Source: Tubiluchus corallicola (lineage: Eukaryota; Animalia; Priapulida). Taken from it: a stretch of 8,074 nt of DNA. Numbering within the stretch: position 1 is the first letter of the stretch; each line of letters begins with the position of its first letter. This document shows, piece after piece, positions 1 to 6,510 of this stretch. The notes under the pieces were generated by a model. That model worked only from the letters and a program-made list of their open reading frames with translations, was not told where the DNA came from and did not search any database. Position numbers and translations under genes: made by a program. The stretch spans positions 1 through 8,074 of the forward strand of contig JAQGDQ010002220.1 of the NCBI GenBank assembly GCA_030141605.1. The letters run 5' to 3'.

Positions 1-81
1 CCACACCACACCCCACACACCCTATCACCCCACCACACCATCCATAGCACAACACACAAAACACACCACCACCACACCACA
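1..81 (-). repeat. Start of the TGTGG-type satellite of U0 (CCACA on the + strand), truncated by the window
   Basis: Reverse complement of the first ~80 nt of the arrays in U1/U2/U4/U5. Confidence 0.9.
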
Positions 82-884
82 TCAAATCCACCACCTCACG
101 TGGTGATCATGATGATGATGGTGGCAATGATGATGACACCTATAGCACAAGCACCAACAACACAGCATTACAACAAAACCATTCCAAACATTTTTCACAA
201 AGTTGAAACTATGTGCTATAATATAATAAATAACAAAGGCCCCGCAAAAGATTTTGCGTAAAAAACCACGCGTAATCAATAATACGCGAACATCCTACCT
301 AGTCCTCATTTATAACACAAAGCCCTTAACATCGTGCCTGCCGTTTGTTTAACTAACGCAAAGCCTGTAGCTTTTTGCTGAATTAAAGTTATAAGATTAT
401 AGACAGAGTACAATGGATGACGTCACAACAATGCCTTTGCGTCAGCAATTTTCTAAGTGAAAATTGCCGAAAATAGAACTCCTAACTAACTCGTTGATAC
501 TCCTCTCGGTGCACCTGCCCTAAAATATATCCCACATCATCGTGTAGCCCTGTCCTTCCTCTTTGTAAAGAGCTATATAACTCCTACCGAGGCGCCGCTA
601 GAACGTTTTTTCCGCATGCTGTTTGGTCAAAATTTCGTCAGTGAGCCCGTTGCGGGACGCTGGCCCTCTCAAATAGCCAAAGACACTGGAAGGTATCTTC
701 ACTCTCAGCCGTATTTTTGCAAAAAACGGCCAAAAAAGCCCTTCGAAAAATAACCATTAGACCTTTCGTTTGATATATAGATCGCCGCAAATGGTGCCCT
801 CGTCCGGGCTGTAGCCTCGAATCTTATATATAAATAAATATATAAATAAATATATATATATACCAAGAATATTAATATAAGAGA
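1..884 (-). mobile_element. U0: inverted copy of a putative non-autonomous Helitron (long form, 3' part beyond the window edge, internally deleted)
   Basis: The reverse complement starts A|TCTCTTATATTAATATTCTTGGTA at 885|884, identical to the U5 start at 6511. It is colinear with the plus-strand units through the core, the internal hairpin (243..258), the CAT tract and the start of the TGTGG array. Region ~592..758 carries many deletions. Confidence 0.75.
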
Positions 885-968
885 TGTATTAATATATATA
901 TAAGATTCGAGGCTACAGCCCGGACGAGGGCACCATTTGCGGCGATCTATATATCAAACGAAAGGTCT
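759..968. repeat. Perfect 74-bp inverted repeat (759..832 / 895..968) with a 62-bp AT-rich spacer; centre of the larger imperfect U0/U1 palindrome
   Basis: AGACCTTTCG...GAATCTTATATATA is the exact reverse complement of TATATATAAGATTC...CGAAAGGTCT. Confidence 0.95.
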
Positions 969-1444
969 CGATCTAGTGTCGTGCCATTGATGGTTTATTT
1001 TTCGAATCGGGCCCACCGGGAGGAACGGGGGGCGAAAAACCTCCAAAAATGGCCATTTTTCGGCCGTTTTTTGCAAAAGTTATACGGCTGAGATGTAGAG
1101 AACGGGAACGGGCCGAGGGGGGTGCTGGGTATGGATAGATAGCCCGTTCAGCGGTGGGTGTCATAGGCCTATTTAGAATTCGCGAGAGGGCCACGGCGTC
1201 CCGCAACGGGCGTTTTCCCGGACCCAACTCGCGATTTTTTCGAAATTTTGACCAAACAGCCTGCGGAAAAAACGTTCTAGCGGCGCCCGGTGGGACTCTA
1301 GGACGGAGATATGGGGCTCTTTACAAAGAGGAAGGACAGGGCTACACGATGGTGTGGGCTATATGTTAGGGCAGGTCCACCGAGAGGAGTATTGGCGAGT
1401 TAATTGGGAGTTCCATTTTCGGCAATTTTCGCTTAGAAAACTGT

Positions 1445-1471
1445 TGACGCAAAGGCATTGTTGTGACGTCA
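1445..1471. promoter_or_regulatory. Paired bZIP-type motifs: TGACGCAA and the CRE palindrome TGACGTCA (motif match only)
   Basis: TGACGTCA at 418..425, 1464..1471, 3306..3313, 5484..5491 and 7124..7131; TGACGTAA in U3 (4700..4707). There is no evidence of function. Confidence 0.2.
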
Positions 1472-1636
1472 TCCATTGTATTCTGTCTATAATCTTATAG
1501 CTTTAATTCAGCAAAAAGCTGCCTGCTACGGGTTTGCGTTAGTTAAACAAACAGTAGGCATGATGTTACGGGCTTTGCGTTATACATGAGGACTAGGTAG
1601 GATGTTCGCGTATTATTGATTACACGTGTATTTATA

Positions 1637-1665
1637 CGCAAAATCTTTTGCGGGGCGTTTGCTAT
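1637..1665 (+). other. Internal, apparently inactivated proximal 3' end (hairpin + CTAT); homologues at 3461..3489, 5645..5673, 7296..7324 and 230..258 (minus, TTAT)
   Basis: Same hairpin and spacing as the U3 terminus, but the CTAG is altered and the unit continues. Confidence 0.75.
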
Positions 1666-1774
1666 TTATTATATTATAGCACATAGTTTCAACTTTGTGA
1701 AAAATGTTTGGAATGGTTTTGTTGTAATGCTGTGCTGTTGGTGCTTGTGCTATAGGTGTCGTCATCGTTGCCAC

Positions 1775-1798
1775 CATCATCATCATCATCAACATCAT
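1775..1798 (+). repeat. Short (CAT)n tract (homologues at ~106..120 minus, 3599, 5783, 7434)
   Basis: (CAT)5 CAA (CAT)2 in U1; (CAT)4 CAA (CAT)2 in U2, U4 and U5. Confidence 0.9.
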
Positions 1799-1825
1799 GA
1801 TCACCACGTGAGGTGGTGGATTTGA

Positions 1826-2650
1826 TGTGGTGTGGTGGTGGTGTGCTTTGTGTGTTGTGCTATGGATGGTGTGGTGGGGTGATAGGGTGTGTGGGGTGTG
1901 GTGTGGAGTGGGTGGCGTGGTGTGTGGGTGGGTGGGTGTTGTGGTGCAGTGCGGTGTGATGTGATGTGGTGGAGTATTATGGTGTGGGTGGTGCGATGTG
2001 GTGTGGTGCAGTGGTATGGTGTGGTGCAGTGTGGTGTGATGTGGTGGAGTCGTATGGTGTGGGTGGTGTGGTGTGGTGTGTGGGTGGTGCGGTGTGCTGC
2101 AGTGGTATGGTGTGGTGTGATGTGGTGGAATGGTATGGTGTGGGTGGTGTGGTGTGGTGCAGTGTGGTGTGCGGTGTGATGTGGTGGAGTATTATGGTGT
2201 GGGTGGTGTGGTGTGTGGGTGGTGCGATGTGGTGTGTGCATGTGGTGTGGTGCAGTGGTATGGTGTGGTGCAGTGTGGTGTGATGTGGTGGAGTCGTATG
2301 GTGTGGGTGGTGTGGTGTGGTGTGTGGGTGGTGCGGTGTGCTGCAGTGGTATGGTGTGGTGCGGTGTGGTGTGGTGTGGTGGTATGGTGTGGGTGGGTGG
2401 TGTGGTGTGGTGCAGTGTGGTGTGCGGTGTGATGTGGTGGAGTATTATGGTGTGGGTGGTGTGGTGTGCTGTGTGGGTGGTGCAGTGGTATGGTGTGGTG
2501 CAGTGTGGTGTGATATGGTGGAGTGGTATGGTGTGGGTGGTGTGGTGTGTAGGTGGTATTGTGTGGTGCAGTGTGGTGCGACGAGGTGGAGTGGTATGGT
2601 GTGGTGCAGTGTGGTGTGATGAGGTGGAGTGGTGTGGTGTGGGTTGTGTG
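1826..2650 (+). repeat. Degenerate (TGTGG)n micro/minisatellite, ~825 bp
   Basis: TGTGG pentamers with variants (TGCAG, TATGG, TGTGA, TGGAG) and extreme G/T strand bias. Confidence 0.95.
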
Positions 2651-2660
2651 TTGATTTGTG

Positions 2661-2690
2661 CACAAAATTCTTTTTGTGGGGTTTGGCTAG
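2661..2690 (+). other. Distal Helitron-type 3' end (hairpin + CTAG); homologues at 4043..4072, 6481..6510 and 7958..7987 (CTAT)
   Basis: CACAAAATTCTTTTTGTG GGGTTTGG CTAG; a 7-bp stem ending 12 nt from the terminus. Confidence 0.8.
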
Positions 2691-4072
2691 TTATATTAAT
2701 ATTCTTGGTATCTTAATATATATATATATATTTATTTATATATAAGATTCGAGGCTACAGCCCGGACGAGGGCACCATTTGCGGCGATCTATATATCAAA
2801 CGAAAGGTCTCGATCTAGTGTCGTGCCATTGATGGTTTATTTTTCGAATCGGGCCCACCGGGAGGAAGGGGAGGCGAAAAACCGCCAAAAATGGCCCTTT
2901 TTCGGCTGTTTTTTGCAAAAGTTATACGGCTGAGATGTAGAGAACGGGAATGGGCCGAGGGTGGTGCTGGGTATGGATAGATAGCCCGTTCAGCGGTGGG
3001 TGTAGTAGGCCTATTTAGAATTCCCGAGAGGGCCACGGCGCCCCGCAACGGGCGTTTTCCCGGACCCAACTCGCAATTTTTTCGAAATTTTGACCAAACA
3101 GCATGCGGGAAAAACGTTCTAGCGGCGCCCGGTGGGACTCTCGGAAGGAGATATATAGCTCATCAAAAAGAGGAAGAATGGGGCTACACGATGATGTGGG
3201 CTATATGTTAGGACAGGACCACCGAGAGGAGTACTGGCGAGTTAGTTAGGAGTTCTATTTTCGGGAATTTTCGCATAGAAAACTACTGACGCAAAGGCAT
3301 TGTTGTGACGTCATCCATTGTACTCTGTCTATAACTTTAATTCAGTAAAAGCTGCTACAGGCTTAGTTAAACAAACAGTAGGCAGGATGTTACGGGCTTT
3401 GTGTTATAAATGAGGACTTGGTAGGATGTTCGCGTATTATTGATTACACGTGTATTTGTACGCAAACTCTTTTGCGGGGCCTTTGCTATTTATTATATTA
3501 TAGCACATAGTTTCAACTTTGTGAAAAATGTTTTGAATGGTTTTGTTGTAATGCTGTGCTGTTGGTGCTTGTGCTATAGGTGTCGTCATCATTGCCACCA
3601 TCATCATCATCAACATCATGATCACCACGTGAGGTGGTGGATTTGATGTGGTGTGGTGGTGGTGTGCTTTGTGTGTTGTGCTATGGATGGTGTGGTGGTG
3701 TGATAGGGTGTGTGGGGTGTGGTGTGGGTAGTGTGGTATGGAGTGGGTGGCGTGGTGTGTGGGTGGGTGGGTGTTGTGGTGCAGTGTGGTGTTATGGTGT
3801 GGTGCAGTGCGATGTGATGTGGTGGAGTATTATGGTGTGGGTGGTGTGGTGCAGTGGTATGGTGTGGTGCAGTGTGGTGTGATGTGGTGGAGTCGTATGG
3901 TGTGGGTGGTGTGGTGTGTAGGTGGTATGGTGTGGTGCGGTGCAGTGGTATTGTGTGGTGCAGTGTGGTGCGATGAGGTGGAGTGGTATGGTGTGGTGTG
4001 ATGAGGTGGAGTGGTGTGGTGTGGGTTGTGTGTTGATTTGTGCACAAAATTCTTTTTGTGGGGTTTGGCTAG
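2691..4072 (+). mobile_element. U2: putative non-autonomous Helitron, long form (1382 bp)
   Basis: Begins TTATATTAATATTCTTGG directly after the U1 CTAG, lacking the first TCTC. Ends with hairpin 4043..4060 and CTAG 4069..4072, followed by (TTA)8. Confidence 0.75.
3647..4032 (+). repeat. Degenerate (TGTGG)n satellite, ~386 bp
   Basis: Same motif set and same flanks as in U1. Confidence 0.95.
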
Positions 4073-4096
4073 TTATTATTATTATTATTATTATTA
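4073..4096. repeat. (TTA)8 microsatellite spacer between U2 and U3
   Basis: Read directly between CTAG and TCTATAC. Confidence 0.97.
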
Positions 4097-4887
4097 TCTA
4101 TACTCTTATATTAATATTCTTGGTATATATATATATAAGATTCGAGGCTACAGCTTCGACGAGGGCACCATTTGCGGCGATCTATACACCAAACGAAAGG
4201 TCTCGATCTAGTGTCGTCTCATTGGGGGTTTATTTTTCGAATCGGGCCCACCGGGAGAAACGGGGGGGCGAAAAACCTCCAAAAATGGCCATTTTTCGGC
4301 CGTTTTTTGCAAAAGTTATACGGCTGAGATGTGGAGAACTGGAATGGGCCGAGGGTGGTGCTGGGTGTGGATAGATAGCCCGTTCAGCGGTGGGTGTCAT
4401 AGGCCTATTTAGAGTTCCCGAGAGGGCCACGGGGTCCCGCAACGGGCGTTTTCCCGGACCCAACTCGCGATTTCTTCGAAATTTTGACCAAACAGCCTGC
4501 GGGAAAAACGTTCTAGCGTCGCCCGGTGGGACTCTAGGAAGGAGATATGGGGCTCTTTACAAAGAGGAAGAACGGGGCTACACGATGATGTGGGCTATAT
4601 GTTAGGGCAGGTCCACCGAGAGAAGTACCGACCAGTTAATTAGGAGTTCTAATTTCGGCAATTTTCGCTTAGAAAATTGCTGACGCAATGCCATTGTTGT
4701 GACGTAATCCATTATACTCGGCTTATAACTTTAATTCAGCAAAAAGCTGCATGCTTTGCGTTAGTTAAACAAACAGTAGGCATGATGTTACGGGCTTTGT
4801 GTTATAAATGAGGACTAGGTAGGATGTTCGCGTATTATTGATTACACGTGGTTTTTTACGCAAAATCTTTTGCGGGGCCTTTGCTAG
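4097..4887 (+). mobile_element. U3: putative non-autonomous Helitron, short form (791 bp) with both canonical ends
   Basis: A|TCTATACTCTTATATT at 4096|4097. The 3' hairpin CGCAAAA-TC-TTTTGCG (4859..4874) is followed by 9 nt, CTAG (4884..4887) and T. It lacks the CAT/TGTGG extension. Confidence 0.8.
4859..4887 (+). other. Proximal Helitron-type 3' end (hairpin + CTAG), used as the terminus in U3
   Basis: CGCAAAATCTTTTGCG GGGCCTTTG CTAG, immediately followed by the 5' TC of the next unit. Confidence 0.8.
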
Positions 4888-6510
4888 TCTATATATTAAT
4901 ATTCTTGGTATATATATATATAAGATTCGAGGCTACAGCCCAGACGACGGCACCATTTGCGGCGATCTATATATCAAACGAAAGGTCTCGATCTAGTGTC
5001 GTCTCATTGATGATTTATTTTTCGAATGGGGCCCACCGGGAGGAACGGGGGGCGAAAAACCTCCAAAAATGGCCCTTTTTCGGCCGCTTTTTGCAAAAGT
5101 TATACGGCTGAGATGTAGAGAACGGGAACTGGCCGAGGGGGGTGCTGGGTATGGATAGATAGCCAGTTCAGCGATGGGTGTCATAGGCCTATTTAGAATT
5201 CGCGAGAGAGCCACGGTGCCCCGCAACGGGCGTTTTCCCGGACCCAACTCGCGATTTTTTCGAAATTTTGGCCAAACAGCCTGCGGGAAAAACGTTCTAG
5301 CGGCGCCCGGTGGGACTCTCGGAAGGAGATATACGGCTCTTTACAAAGAGGAAGGACAGGGCTACACGATGATGTGGGCTATATGTTAGGGCAGGTCCAC
5401 CGAGAGGAGTACTGGCGAGTTAATTAGGAGTTCCATTTTCGGCAATTTTCGCTTAGAAAACTGCTGACGCAAAACCATTGTTCTGACGTCATCCATTGTA
5501 TTCTGTCTATAATCTTTCTTATAGCTTTAATTCAGCAAAAAGCTGATACGCTGCTGTAATTCAGTAAAAGCTGCTACGGGCTTTGTGTTAAAAATGAGGA
5601 CTAGGTAGAATGTTCGCGTGTTATTGATTATACGTGGTTTTTTACGCAAAATCTTTTGCGGGGCCTTTGCTATTTATTATATTATAGCACATAGTTTCAA
5701 CTTTGTGAAAAATGTTTGGAATGGTTTTGTTGTAATGCTGTGCTGTTGGTGCTTGTGCTATAGGTGTCGTCATCGTTGCCACCATCATCATCATCAACAT
5801 CATGATCACCACGTGAGGTGGTGGATTTGATGTGGTGTGGTGGTGGTGTGCTTTGTGTGTTGTGCTATGGATGGTGTGGTGGGGTGATAGGGTGTGTGGG
5901 GTGTGGTGTGGGTAGTGTGGTATTGAGTGGGTGGCGTGGTGTGTGGGTGGGTAGGTGTTGTGGTGCAGTGTGGTGTTATGGTGTGGTGCAGTGCGGTGTG
6001 ATGTGGTGGAGTATTATGGTGTGGGTGGTGTGGTGTGGTGCAGTGGTATGGTGTGGTGCAGTGTGGTGTGATGTGGTGGAGTCGTATGGTGTGGTGTGCT
6101 GTATGGGTGGTGCGGTGTGCTGCAGTGGTATGGTGTGGTGTGGTGTGATGTGGTGGAGTGGTATGGTGTAGGTGGTGTGGTGTGTAGGTGGGTGGGCGGT
6201 GTGGTGCAGTGTGGTGTTATGGTGTGGTGCTGTGCGGTGTGATGTGGTGGAGTATTATGGTGTGGGTGGTGTGTGTGGGTGGTGCAGTGGTATGGTGTGG
6301 TGCAGTGTGGTGGAGTGGTATGGTGTGGGTGGTGTGGTGTGTAGGTGGTATGGTGTGGTGCGGTGCGGTGTGGTGGTATTGTGTGGTGCAGTGTGGTGCG
6401 ATGAGGTGGAGTGATATGGTGTGGTGCAGTGTGGTGTGATGAGGTGGAGTGGTGTGGTGTGGGTTGTGTGTTGATTTGTGCACAAAATTCTTTTTGTGGG
6501 GTTTGGCTAG
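4888..6510 (+). mobile_element. U4: putative non-autonomous Helitron, long form (1623 bp)
   Basis: Starts TCTATATATTAATATTCTTGG immediately after the U3 CTAG. Ends with hairpin 6481..6498 and CTAG 6507..6510. Confidence 0.8.
5831..6470 (+). repeat. Degenerate (TGTGG)n satellite, ~640 bp
   Basis: Same motif set and same flanks as in U1. Confidence 0.95.

Larger units (their letters stand above)
887..2690 (+). mobile_element. U1: putative non-autonomous Helitron, long form (~1.8 kb), 5' terminus degenerate
   Basis: Ends in the hairpin CACAAAA-TTCT-TTTTGTG (2661..2678), 8 nt, then CTAG (2687..2690) followed by T. The core is homologous to the other units. The canonical 5' TC is not visible, so the start is approximate. 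Confidence 0.75.

Noticed and set aside
759-968. MITE with 74-bp terminal inverted repeats
   Set aside because: The arms are the 5' regions of two larger oppositely oriented units, homology continues outward, and no TSD is evident.
973-1369. Recurrent 84-aa (minus) and 71-aa (plus) ORFs in each core
   Set aside because: They are short, overlap on opposite strands, and show many amino-acid changes between copies. They contain no HUH Rep, PIF1 helicase, transposase or RT motifs, and they are destroyed in U0.
973-1596. Other internal CTAG sites (973, 1277, 1298, 1593) as additional termini
   Set aside because: None has a convincing hairpin at the right spacing, and no copy ends at any of them.
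887-1665. 5S rRNA, tRNA, snRNA or SINE tandem unit
   Set aside because: I recognise no such RNA sequence, cloverleaf or A/B boxes. The (TTA)n is not a consistent tail and the ends fit a Helitron better. An Rfam search would settle it.
1616-1825. 65-70 aa hydrophobic ORF with a Cys/His-rich tail, open in five copies and superficially like a metal-binding peptide
   Set aside because: It has a non-ATG start and straddles the internal Helitron end. The His run is just the (CAT)n microsatellite, where indels are in-frame by nature. It resembles no family I recognise, and recurrence reflects repeat copy identity.
1826-2650. Telomere-like TG-rich tract (resembles yeast TG1-3)
   Set aside because: It is internal, bounded by fixed element sequence, pentamer-based with complex variants, and shows no constant telomerase repeat.
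1801-2716. His/Thr/Pro-rich and Val/Trp/Cys/Gly-rich ORFs (also 3622..4047, 5818..6485, 7457..7960)
   Set aside because: These are translations of the stop-poor TGTGG satellite, open in many frames on both strands.
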